Part shown: piece by piece, positions 1-8,398 of the stretch
Position numbering within the stretch: position 1 is the first letter of the stretch
Layout of the letters: every line of letters starts with the position of its first letter
Program-made: the position numbers and the translations under genes
Notes under the pieces: generated by a model
Databases searched by the model: none
What the model was told of the DNA's origin: nothing
The model's input: the letters and a program-made list of their open reading frames with translations, nothing else
Assembly (NCBI GenBank): GCA_035566835.1
Contig: DATMQG010000039.1
Location: 1,524 to 65,523 of the forward strand
Direction of reading: 5' to 3'
Length of the DNA: 64,000 nt
From: Solirubrobacteraceae bacterium
Lineage (GTDB): Bacteria > Actinomycetota > Thermoleophilia > Solirubrobacterales > Solirubrobacteraceae

Positions 1-268
1 AGCGGAGCTCGCCCGCCAGCTCCTGCACGCGCCTGCCCGGTCGCACGATCCGGGTCGAGATCGACAGCGGCGCGAACGGGATCGGCCGCAGCAGCTCGAA
101 GCCCAGGCGCGCGATCGGCAGCGCAGCTCCCGGCTCGACACGTTCGAAGGCCGTCGTCATCAGCGCCGCCGGCGCACCGCCGTGCAGCGCCTGCGGATCC
201 CAAGGTCCGCGGGCGTGCTCGGTCGGCACGAAGCAATCGTCCTCGGCGAGGAACACGCTCTCGCTCAT
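1..268 (-). CDS. Thioesterase-family (double hot-dog) protein, runs off the window edge
   Basis: Manual translation from ATG at 268: MSESVFLAEDDCFVPTEHARGPWDPQALHGGAPAAL...ARLGFELLRP...RPGRR. The GPW-x4-HGG motif is typical. Not in the ORF track. Confidence 0.8.
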   Translation of the reverse strand, partial: MSESVFLAEDDCFVPTEHARGPWDPQALHGGAPAALMTTAFERVEPGAALPIARLGFELLRPIPFAPLSISTRIVRPGRRVQELAGELR

Positions 269-275
269 CGACACC

Positions 276-944
276 TCACTCGGGCAGTTGCGCGATGAAA
301 TCGGCGAGCTTGCCCGGGTCGCGCAGCGGTGGTCCGTGTCCGAAGCATGCGAGGCGCGGCCGCAGCTCCCCGAGCCGGCGCGCCGAGGCGCGATTGCGCG
401 GCGGGTCGGGCGTGAAGGCCGCGGGAGGCTCGTGCAGACCCGGGATCCCGGTCAGGGGGTGGACGTTGAAGAACACGTCGCCAGCGATCAGCACCCGATC
501 GGACTCGCGCCAGTAGGAGACGTGCCCTGGCGAGTGCCCCGGTGTCTCGAGCACGCTGAACCCCGCGACCTCATCGCCCTCGACGAGCGCGCGCGAGACG
601 GGGTGCGGAGGCCCGACCCAGAAGTGCCGCTGCACGAACGTGGCCCACGTCGGCGGATTCGAGCCCATCACGCCGCCTGGCGTCTCCATCGCGGGTACGT
701 CTGCCTGCCCGCACCACAGCGGTATGCCGAGGCGTTCGCAGATCGCGTGGCTCGAGCCCTGGTGGTCGGGGTGGGCATGCGTCAGCGCGTGCGCGCTGAG
801 CTGCCGCGCGGCGATCTGGCGCATGATCCTCCTCTCGCCCCGCCGTGTCGCCGCGTCGAGGAGCACGTCGCTGACGAGATACACGTTGATTGCGTTCGGC
901 GGCATTCCGCGCAGCATGAACACGTCTGTGGCCAGCTCTCTCAT
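276..944 (-). CDS. MBL-fold metallo-hydrolase
   Basis: THAHPDHQG (HxHxDH), TPGHSPGH, AGD and FGHG motifs. Confidence 0.9.
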   Translation of the reverse strand: MRELATDVFMLRGMPPNAINVYLVSDVLLDAATRRGERRIMRQIAARQLSAHALTHAHPDHQGSSHAICERLGIPLWCGQADVPAMETPGGVMGSNPPTWATFVQRHFWVGPPHPVSRALVEGDEVAGFSVLETPGHSPGHVSYWRESDRVLIAGDVFFNVHPLTGIPGLHEPPAAFTPDPPRNRASARRLGELRPRLACFGHGPPLRDPGKLADFIAQLPE

Positions 945-966
945 CTTCTCGTCCCTCCTGTCGAAG

Positions 967-1752
967 TCACGTTCGCGACTGCTCCCATGAGAAGCCGCGG
1001 ACTGCGAAGAACAACCCGAACACGCCCCACAGCGCGATCACGGCGAGCGCATCCAGGTTGCCGCCGAGGTCCGAACCCCCGACGATCGCGCCCGAGAGCC
1101 CTTCGATCAAGGGCTTCAGGGGCAGAGCATCGGCGATCGTGCGCAGGAACCCCGGGGCGCTGTTGGAGTCGAAGACGTAGAAGGAGATGAAGATGACCGG
1201 CAGGAAGACGGCGTTCACGTAGGCCGGCGTCGACTCGAAGTTCGGGATCACGTGCGCAAAGGCGACGCCGAGGGCGGCGAAGCACACCACTCCGACGACC
1301 ACGAATACGAGCAGCTCGAGCACGTGCTGCGGCCAGCCGATGCCGAACAGAGCGCGGCCGGCGAGCACCACGATCGCGATCTGCAGCGCAGCGTTCGTGA
1401 CGGCGTTGGCGGCGACGCCGGCGAAGTAGGAGCGGGTCGGCAGGGGCGTTCCGCGGATCCGCTTGAGCACACCCCGTTCGCGCAGGAAGACGACGTTGTA
1501 GGCGAGCGCCGTGAACGTCGTCGCCATGATGCTCATCGCCGCGATCGCGGGGATCAGCTTGTTGAGCTGGTGCTGGTTTCCGCTGAGGATCGCCCCGCCC
1601 CCCGCGAGGAAAAGCAGCGGCAGCAGGAAGTTGAAGAAGGCGGCGCTTGGGTTGCGCCAGAACATGCGACGCTCGAGGCGGTACTGGCGCCAGCTGAGGA
1701 GGACCGGGTTGGTCGGCGACGGCCCGGTCGCCCCGCCGAGCGCATCAGGCAT
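967..1752 (-). CDS. ABC-2 type exporter permease
   Basis: About 6 TM segments, LRERGVLKRIRGTP motif, overlaps the ATPase stop. Confidence 0.9.
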   Translation of the reverse strand: MPDALGGATGPSPTNPVLLSWRQYRLERRMFWRNPSAAFFNFLLPLLFLAGGGAILSGNQHQLNKLIPAIAAMSIMATTFTALAYNVVFLRERGVLKRIRGTPLPTRSYFAGVAANAVTNAALQIAIVVLAGRALFGIGWPQHVLELLVFVVVGVVCFAALGVAFAHVIPNFESTPAYVNAVFLPVIFISFYVFDSNSAPGFLRTIADALPLKPLIEGLSGAIVGGSDLGGNLDALAVIALWGVFGLFFAVRGFSWEQSRT

Positions 1753-2602
1753 CGGCGGTCAGCTCCAGGTACACGTCCTCGAGCGTGGGCCGGCCCACGG
1801 AGAGCTCTTCGAGGCGCTCTCCGCGGGCGAGCGCCTCGCCGGTCAGCTCGTGTAGCAGCGTCGTGGCGTCATCGGTCTGGCGCTCGACGAGCTCACCGCC
1901 GGCGCTGCGGTAGACGACGCGGTAGTGCGCCGCGCCCACGCCGAGCTCGCGCGGCGGCCCGATCGCGAGGATGCGGCCCTCCTTGACGATCGCGACGCGA
2001 TCGGCGAGCGCCTGCGCCTCGTCGAGGTAGTGCGTCGTCAACAGGATCGTCTTGCCGAGCTCGCGCAGCGAGCGGATCGTCTCCCACGCGGCCCGGCGCG
2101 CCTCCGGGTCAAAACCGGTCGTCGGCTCGTCGAGGAAGATCAGCTCCGGATCCCCGACCAGCGCCAGGGCGAAGTCCAGGCGCCGCAGCTGCCCGCCCGA
2201 GAGCCTGCGGCTGCGCGTGTCCGCCTGCGCCTGAAGGCCGGCGAGGCCCAGCACCTCCTCGACCGAGCGCGGACGGGGATAGAAGCTCGCCCAGTGACGC
2301 AGCGCCTCGCGCGGGGTGATGTGGCCGTAGATGCCACCTGACTGCAACACGATCCCGATCCGCCGTCGCAGCTCGATCGCCCGATCGGCGGGATCGTAGC
2401 CGAGGACCGACACCTCGCCGCTGGTGCGCGCGCGGTAGCCCTCGAGGATCTCGACCGTCGTCGTCTTGCCCGCCCCATTGGGGCCGAGCAGGCCGAACAC
2501 CTCGCCCCTACGAACGGTGATGTCGATACCCCGCACCGCCTCATAGTCGCCGTAGCGCTTGCGCAGGGCGCAGACCTCGATCGCGGGGACCGTATCGCTC
2601 AC
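1745..2602 (-). CDS. ABC exporter ATP-binding subunit (DrrA/NodI-like)
   Basis: GPNGAGKTT, LSGGQ, LDEPT. Start moved to GTG at 2602 (VSDTVPAIEV). Confidence 0.9.
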   Translation of the reverse strand: MSDTVPAIEVCALRKRYGDYEAVRGIDITVRRGEVFGLLGPNGAGKTTTVEILEGYRARTSGEVSVLGYDPADRAIELRRRIGIVLQSGGIYGHITPREALRHWASFYPRPRSVEEVLGLAGLQAQADTRSRRLSGGQLRRLDFALALVGDPELIFLDEPTTGFDPEARRAAWETIRSLRELGKTILLTTHYLDEAQALADRVAIVKEGRILAIGPPRELGVGAAHYRVVYRSAGGELVERQTDDATTLLHELTGEALARGERLEELSVGRPTLEDVYLELTADA

Positions 2603-2671
2603 CCTCGGATCATCGCAAGGCCGCTTGCAGACCGGGCGGCGAGCGGTCGGCGACGGCCCGGTCGCGCCGGC

Positions 2672-2721
2672 CCACCGATCGGAGATCGGCCAGCGGGCCA
2701 CCGATCGCAGATCGGCCAGCG
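2672..2721. repeat. Two tandem 24-bp hairpin units (REP-like)
   Basis: ccaccgatcggagatcggccagcg (2672-2695) and ccaccgatcgcagatcggccagcg (2698-2721), each with a ccgatc-N3-gatcgg stem. Confidence 0.7.
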
Positions 2722-2728
2722 ATCGCTT

Positions 2729-4735
2729 CTACCAGTGCACGCCTCTCGTCAGGGTGGCCATTGCCAGCTGCTCGAAGGAGACGGGCTCCTCGATCGTGTC
2801 CTCTTGCCCCTTGGAGGCCGCCGAGTCGGGGAACAGCCGGTAGGCGAGGTGAAGCAGCCTGTCGACGGCGCTCGGCGAGAGCGTGTAGGCGATCTCGCCG
2901 AACGTGCCCAGGCGCGTGCCCATGTGCTTGGGCCGGCTGCGCAGCGCCTCGCAGATCATGTCGGCGGCCTCATCGGGGCTGATCGCCGGGAACGCGTCGT
3001 ACATCTTGGTCGGGGCGATCATCGGTGTGCGCACGAGCGGCATGTGGATCGTCGTGAACGTCACGCCGTCGCCGATCACCTCCGATGCGACCACGCGCGT
3101 GAATGCGTCGAGCGCCGCCTTCGAGGCGACATATGCGGAGAAGCGCGGCGGGTTGGTCTGCACGCCGATCGAGGAGATGTTGACGACGTGCCCGAAGCCC
3201 CGCTCGCGCATGCGCGGCAGCAGGCCGATGATCAGCTTGACCGCGCCGAAGTAGTTGAGCTGCATCGTCCGTTCGAAGTCGTGGAAGCGCTCGTAGCTGA
3301 GCGCGATCGAGCGGCGGATCGAACGCCCCGCGTTGTTGACGAGCATGTCGACGTTGCGGTGGTCCGCGAGCACGCGCTCGAGCAGCCGCTCCACCGACTC
3401 GATGTCCGAGATGTCGGCTGCGTAGACGTACGCGGTGCCGCCGCCGGCGACGATCTCGGCGCGCACCTCCTCGAGCTTCTCGACGTTGCGCGCGACCAGC
3501 AGGGGGATCCCCCCGGCGCCCGCCACCTTGAGCGCCGTCGCGCGCCCGATGCCCGACGAGGCGCCGGTGATCATCACCAGCTTGTCCTGGAGCGCGTCTT
3601 TCAGCGATCCTCCGCGGCGCTGGTCGGTATCCATCTCGCGTTCCCAGTAGTCCCACAGGAGCTTGAGGTAGTCGTTAAGCGGCGGCGGCTGCTCAAGTGG
3701 AGATCCGGCGAGCGCACGCGCGGCTTCGGTCGTGTCGAACCGCGGCTTGAGCTCCATGTGGCTCACCACCTCCAGCGGGATCCCGAGGTTGCGGAGCGCG
3801 AGGTTGCGCAGCTGGCGCCAGGGCGGCAGCTGCGCCGTCAGCGTCAGCGGCCATTTCGGCAGCTGCTCGAGCAGGCGTTTGTCGATGCTGAGCGCGAAGC
3901 GCGGGGCATGGGCGGCGGCCGCGAGCTCATTGATCAGGTCGTCCACACGTTGCGGGCGCGGGTCGGTGAGATGGAACGCCTTGAAGTCCAGCGCCGGCTC
4001 GTGCGCGATGTGCTCGAGCGCGCCGGCGACCCAGTCGACCGGCACGATGTTGGTGAGCCCCAGGTCCAGGCCCACGAGCGGCACCCACTCCGGGAGCAGA
4101 TGGCGCATGCGCTGGATCGCCTTGAAGAAGTAGTAGGGGCCGTCGATCTTGTCCATTTCCCCGGTGTGAGAGTCGCCGACGACGATCCCGGGGCGGTACA
4201 CCCGCCACGGCACGTACGGCTGCTCTCGCACGATCCGCTCTGACTCGAACTTGGTGCGGTGGTAGGGCGAGGGCAGCCGCTGGCCCTCGTCGAACATGTC
4301 CTCGGTGAACACGCCGTTGTACTCGCCGGCGACCGCAATCGAGGAGACGTGGTGCAGTCGCTTGGCCTCCAGCGCCCGTGCCAGTTCGACCGCGTGGGTC
4401 GTACCGCCGACGTTGACCGCCGTGTTCATCTCGGCGGGCGCGGTCATGTCGTAGACGGCGGCGAGATGGAAGAAGTGATTGATCTTCCCGCGCAGCTCCG
4501 TCACGCGTTCCTGCTCGACACCCAACAGCGGCCGGCGGAGATCTCCGAGAACGGGCTCGATGCGCTCGGCGGCCGAGGCGCCCGCCGCGCCGCTCCAACG
4601 CTCGATCAGATCGTCCAGACGGCCGAGCGAACCCTCGCGCACGAGCACGTACACCTTGCCCTGGCGCGTTTCCAGCAGCCGCTCGACCAGCCGCCGTCCG
4701 ATGAAGCCGGTTGCTCCGGTGACGAAATAGGCCAT
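2729..4735 (-). CDS. Two-domain SDR / fatty acyl-CoA reductase-like protein (extended SDR plus classical SDR)
   Basis: N-domain TGATGFIG...YHRTK; C-domain TGASSGIG, NNAGRSIRRS, YVASK. True start MAYFVTG at 4735. Confidence 0.85.
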   Translation of the reverse strand: MAYFVTGATGFIGRRLVERLLETRQGKVYVLVREGSLGRLDDLIERWSGAAGASAAERIEPVLGDLRRPLLGVEQERVTELRGKINHFFHLAAVYDMTAPAEMNTAVNVGGTTHAVELARALEAKRLHHVSSIAVAGEYNGVFTEDMFDEGQRLPSPYHRTKFESERIVREQPYVPWRVYRPGIVVGDSHTGEMDKIDGPYYFFKAIQRMRHLLPEWVPLVGLDLGLTNIVPVDWVAGALEHIAHEPALDFKAFHLTDPRPQRVDDLINELAAAAHAPRFALSIDKRLLEQLPKWPLTLTAQLPPWRQLRNLALRNLGIPLEVVSHMELKPRFDTTEAARALAGSPLEQPPPLNDYLKLLWDYWEREMDTDQRRGGSLKDALQDKLVMITGASSGIGRATALKVAGAGGIPLLVARNVEKLEEVRAEIVAGGGTAYVYAADISDIESVERLLERVLADHRNVDMLVNNAGRSIRRSIALSYERFHDFERTMQLNYFGAVKLIIGLLPRMRERGFGHVVNISSIGVQTNPPRFSAYVASKAALDAFTRVVASEVIGDGVTFTTIHMPLVRTPMIAPTKMYDAFPAISPDEAADMICEALRSRPKHMGTRLGTFGEIAYTLSPSAVDRLLHLAYRLFPDSAASKGQEDTIEEPVSFEQLAMATLTRGVHW

Positions 4736-4752
4736 TGCGATCAGCCTATCTC

Positions 4753-5544
4753 CTATGCTCCAGCGCCGGCTCCGCCGCGCCCCTCGCCCGCGGCGAAGCG
4801 CGCGGCCCCGCGCGCTCCGTCCTCGAACACTTCCGGGCCCGCCCTGGCCTCGAGCGCGAGTCCCTCGGCGAGCGTCATCCCGAGACCCTCGATCGCGGCG
4901 CGCCGATCGGCCAGCATCGTGCGCTGAGGGAAGCGGGCGAGCCCTTCCGCGAGCGCCAGTGCCCGCTCGAGGTGCGCGCCCGCCGCGACAAGCTCCGTGA
5001 GCAGGCCCATCGCGAGCGCCTCCTCCGCGCCGACCATGCGGCCGGTGAGGATCAAGTCCAGCGCGCGACCGAGTCCCACGATCCGAGGCAGGCGCTGCGT
5101 GCCCCCGTCGATCAGCGGCACCCCCCACCGGCGCTCCGGATAGCCCAGCGTGGAGCCCTCCGTAGCGATGCGCAGGTCGCACCACAGCGCGAGCTCGAGC
5201 CCACCGGCAAGGCAGTATCCGGAGATCGCCGCGATCGTCGGCTTGGACGGCGTCAGACGAGTGAAGCCCATCGGCCCCTCCTCGCTCGTCAGGCGCTCCA
5301 CGAACGTGTCCGTCGCCTTCAGGTCGGCGCCCGCGCAGAACGCCTCCTCGCCGGCGCCGGTGAGGACGAGCACGCGGGCATCGTCGTCGGCCTCGAACCG
5401 CAGGTAGGCGTCGTGGAGGGCCGCAGCCGTCGGGCCGTCGACCGCGTTGCGCCTGTGCTGACGGTCGATTGTGATGATGGCGGCCGGACCATGGCGCTCG
5501 TAGCGGACGGCGGAGGGCACGCCGCTGCCCTCGGCCTGTCTCAT
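4753..5544 (-). CDS. Enoyl-CoA hydratase/isomerase (crotonase) family protein
   Basis: FCAGADL, GGLELALWCDLRIA, GGTQRLPRIVG. Confidence 0.9.
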   Translation of the reverse strand: MRQAEGSGVPSAVRYERHGPAAIITIDRQHRRNAVDGPTAAALHDAYLRFEADDDARVLVLTGAGEEAFCAGADLKATDTFVERLTSEEGPMGFTRLTPSKPTIAAISGYCLAGGLELALWCDLRIATEGSTLGYPERRWGVPLIDGGTQRLPRIVGLGRALDLILTGRMVGAEEALAMGLLTELVAAGAHLERALALAEGLARFPQRTMLADRRAAIEGLGMTLAEGLALEARAGPEVFEDGARGAARFAAGEGRGGAGAGA

Positions 5545-5575
5545 CGGCGACCCATCACCGGCCGCAGAGGCCGGG

Positions 5576-5851
5576 CTACCAGCCGCCGCGCCACTGAGCG
5601 TTCCCCAGCAGCGCCTTTTCTGCCGCTTTGCGCGCTTCCTTGCGCCGTTCGAGATGCCTTTGCAGCATGCTCATCACGAACACGAAGATGGGGAAGAACG
5701 CGATCAGGATGAAGCCGGCGGTGGTCACGACATGGTCGTTGGTCCCGCCGTAAAAGCCGCGGCCGTTGTTGTTTGCCCCCGCCGAGGGCGCGAGCACGAG
5801 CAGCACGAGCAGCGCGTACGGAACCAGCCATCTCAACATGCTGCGGCGCAT
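5576..5851 (-). CDS. Small membrane protein (signal-like N-terminus plus one TM)
   Basis: Hydrophobic segments, fills the gap between genes, TAGGAT -10-like box 8 nt upstream. Confidence 0.65.
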   Translation of the reverse strand: MRRSMLRWLVPYALLVLLVLAPSAGANNNGRGFYGGTNDHVVTTAGFILIAFFPIFVFVMSMLQRHLERRKEARKAAEKALLGNAQWRGGW

Positions 5852-5947
5852 CTCCGAGGATCCTAGCGACGCCGCCAGCTACGGGTCTCCCGGCCCGTGG
5901 CGCCAGCCTCGGGCCCGGGGCCGCCGGCCGCCTACCATCACGAGTCG

Positions 5948-7972
5948 ATGGCTCTCTTGATCGCATCCGACCTGCACAAGGACATTGTGGGCAAACCGCT
6001 CCTGCGCGGCGTCTCGTTCAAGCTCGAGCGCCGCGAACGCCTCACGATCGCCGGGCGCAACGGCGCCGGCAAGACGACCCTGCTGCGAATGCTCGCCGGC
6101 GAGACCTCGCTCGACCGCGGCGAGCTGAGCATCGCCAAGGGCGCGCGCGTCGCGCTGCACGACCAGCGCCCGCCGCTCGAGCGGCGGATCTCGCTGCAGG
6201 ACTATCTCCTGTCGGGCTGCGCCGAGGAGCTCCAGATCGAGCGCGAGCTGGGCGAGCTGGAGGCGAAGATGGCGGGCGGCACAGCCGACCGGTCGACGCT
6301 CGACCGCTACGCGCGCGCGCAGGCGCGCCTGGAGGCGCGCGGCGGCTACCTGTGGCGCGATCGCGCCACGGTCATGGCCCGCGGGCTGGGCTTCGTCGAG
6401 GCCGACCTCGAGCGCCCCCTCGATACCTTCTCCGGCGGCCAGCTCACGCGCGCCTCGCTCGCCCGCGCGCTCGCAACGGGAGCCGACGTGCTGCTGCTCG
6501 ACGAGCCGACAAACCACCTCGACATCGAATCGCTCGAGTGGCTCGAGCAGACGCTGGTCGAGCTCGACGCGGCGGTTGTGCTCGTCGCCCACGACCGCTG
6601 GTTCCTCGAGGCGGTCGGCACGGCGGTGCTCGAGCTGTACGGAGGCCCACCCACCCGCTCGCGTTTCTTCGCCGGCAGCTGGCACAACTGGCGCCGCGAG
6701 CAGGCGGCTCGGGAGATCGCGCTCGGCAAGGCGATCGACACCCAGCGCGCCGAGATCGCGCGCATGGAGAGGTTCATCGAGCGCTTCCGCTACAAGGCCT
6801 CCAAGGCACGCCAGGCGCAGTCGCGCGTCAAGCGCCTCGCGAAGATGGAGCGCATCGAGCGGGATCCCACGGACGGCAAGGCGCTCGAGTTCGCGTTCTC
6901 CGCGCCGGAGCGCTCCGGACGCGTGATCTTCGAGCTCCTCGACGGGCGCATCGCGGTCGGTGGGGGGGAACACGGCCCGGACGGCCGCGTCGAGCCACCG
7001 ATCACGCTGCTGGACCAGGTCGAGCTGTGGCTCGAACGCGGCGAGCACGTGTCGCTCGTGGGCCCCAACGGGACCGGCAAGACGACCCTCATCGAGACGC
7101 TCGCCGGCCGCCGCGAGCCCGCCGCAGGGAGCCTGCGCACCGGTCACAACGTGAAGCTGGGCTATCTGTCCCAGCACGCCGAGGAGCTCGGCGTCGGCGG
7201 AGCGCCAGAGCAGACCGTGCTCGAGGCCGCACAACGCGCAACGGGTCTGACGCCGGGGAAGGCGCGGGCTCTGCTCGGGCGCTTCCTGTTCTCCGGCGAG
7301 GAGGCCGAGAAGCCGCTGGCCGGCCTCTCGGGTGGAGAGCGCCGGCGGCTCTCGCTTGCCGTGCTCGTGCAGTCAGGCGCCAACGTGCTGATACTCGACG
7401 AGCCCACGAACCACCTCGACATCGAGAGCCGGGAGGCGCTCGAGGACGCGCTCCGCGCCTTCGCAGGGGCGATCCTGCTCGTCTCCCACGACCGCGCGCT
7501 GCTGGATGCTGTGGGCACGCGGACGATCGCCGTCGAGGAAGGCTCGCTGCACAGCTATCTCGGCGGCTGGCCCGAGTACGTGCGGGTTCGCGAGGAGCGG
7601 CGAGCGGCGTCCTCCGGTGGGCAGGCGGGCGCCGGAGCCCATCTCGCAGCGCTGCGGGCGCCCGCCCTCGCGAACGGCGGCGCGGCCACCAATAGCCCCG
7701 GCCGTAATGGGGCCGGCAAGGGCGCGGACGCCCCGGCGAAGGCGCGGCCGAAGCGGGCCAAGGCGCCCTCGAAGAACCGACTGAGCGACCAGCAGAAGGC
7801 CGAGCAGGCCGTCGAGGAGGCCGAGGCCGCGCTGCGCGGCGTCGAGGAGGAGCTCGCCGATCCGGCCGCCTGGGCGACGCAGTACGAGTCCGCCAAGTCG
7901 CAGGCCCGCCATACGGCGGCCACGCGCGCTGTCGAGCAGGCCTACGCGAGCTTTGAAGCGCTGAGCGACTGA
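5948..7972 (+). CDS. ABC-F family ATP-binding protein (Uup/YheS-like)
   Basis: Two NBDs (GRNGAGKTT/FSGGQ/LDEPTNHLD and GPNGTGKTT/LSGGE/LDEPTNHLD), no TM, C-terminal coiled coil. Confidence 0.92.
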   Translation: MALLIASDLHKDIVGKPLLRGVSFKLERRERLTIAGRNGAGKTTLLRMLAGETSLDRGELSIAKGARVALHDQRPPLERRISLQDYLLSGCAEELQIERELGELEAKMAGGTADRSTLDRYARAQARLEARGGYLWRDRATVMARGLGFVEADLERPLDTFSGGQLTRASLARALATGADVLLLDEPTNHLDIESLEWLEQTLVELDAAVVLVAHDRWFLEAVGTAVLELYGGPPTRSRFFAGSWHNWRREQAAREIALGKAIDTQRAEIARMERFIERFRYKASKARQAQSRVKRLAKMERIERDPTDGKALEFAFSAPERSGRVIFELLDGRIAVGGGEHGPDGRVEPPITLLDQVELWLERGEHVSLVGPNGTGKTTLIETLAGRREPAAGSLRTGHNVKLGYLSQHAEELGVGGAPEQTVLEAAQRATGLTPGKARALLGRFLFSGEEAEKPLAGLSGGERRRLSLAVLVQSGANVLILDEPTNHLDIESREALEDALRAFAGAILLVSHDRALLDAVGTRTIAVEEGSLHSYLGGWPEYVRVREERRAASSGGQAGAGAHLAALRAPALANGGAATNSPGRNGAGKGADAPAKARPKRAKAPSKNRLSDQQKAEQAVEEAEAALRGVEEELADPAAWATQYESAKSQARHTAATRAVEQAYASFEALSD

Positions 7973-7987
7973 CCTACACTGCCTCCA

Positions 7988-8353
7988 ATGGAACGCATGA
8001 AGACGGCGCGCAACGTCGCCATCGTCGTGGCGATTGCGGCGGCCGTGTACCTCATTGCCGGCCCCGGCGGCGGGCGCGTGACGAGGACCTTCGAAGCGGC
8101 GCTGTGGGTGGGGTTCGGCGTGGGTATCGGATACGTCGGCATCCGCATGTACCGCGAACACCGCATCTCCCTGCACAGCCTCGGCGACCGCCACCGCGGC
8201 ATGCTGTATGGCGGGGTCGCCCTTGCGGTGTTCGCACTTGCGGCCCGCGCGAGGATGTGGGAGACGGGCCTGGGCGAGCTCGTCTGGTTCCTGCTCGTCG
8301 GTGTGGTCGTCTACGCGCTGCTCGAGGTCTACCGCTACTCGCGCACGTACTGA
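7988..8353 (+). CDS. Hypothetical 4-TM membrane protein
   Basis: Four hydrophobic helices; TACACT 7 nt upstream of ATG. Confidence 0.7.
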   Translation: MERMKTARNVAIVVAIAAAVYLIAGPGGGRVTRTFEAALWVGFGVGIGYVGIRMYREHRISLHSLGDRHRGMLYGGVALAVFALAARARMWETGLGELVWFLLVGVVVYALLEVYRYSRTY

Positions 8354-8398
8354 GCGCCCCGCGGCGAGCCCTTCGCGCGCCGCCTATCCTCGAATGGG

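Noticed and set aside
2729-5185. 818-aa ORF; similarly extended ORFs 14084-16015, 38632-39876, 59373-60791 and 22554-23324
   Set aside because: The N-terminal extensions overlap recognised neighbouring genes in another frame and are Arg/Gly/Ala-rich noise. Starts were trimmed.
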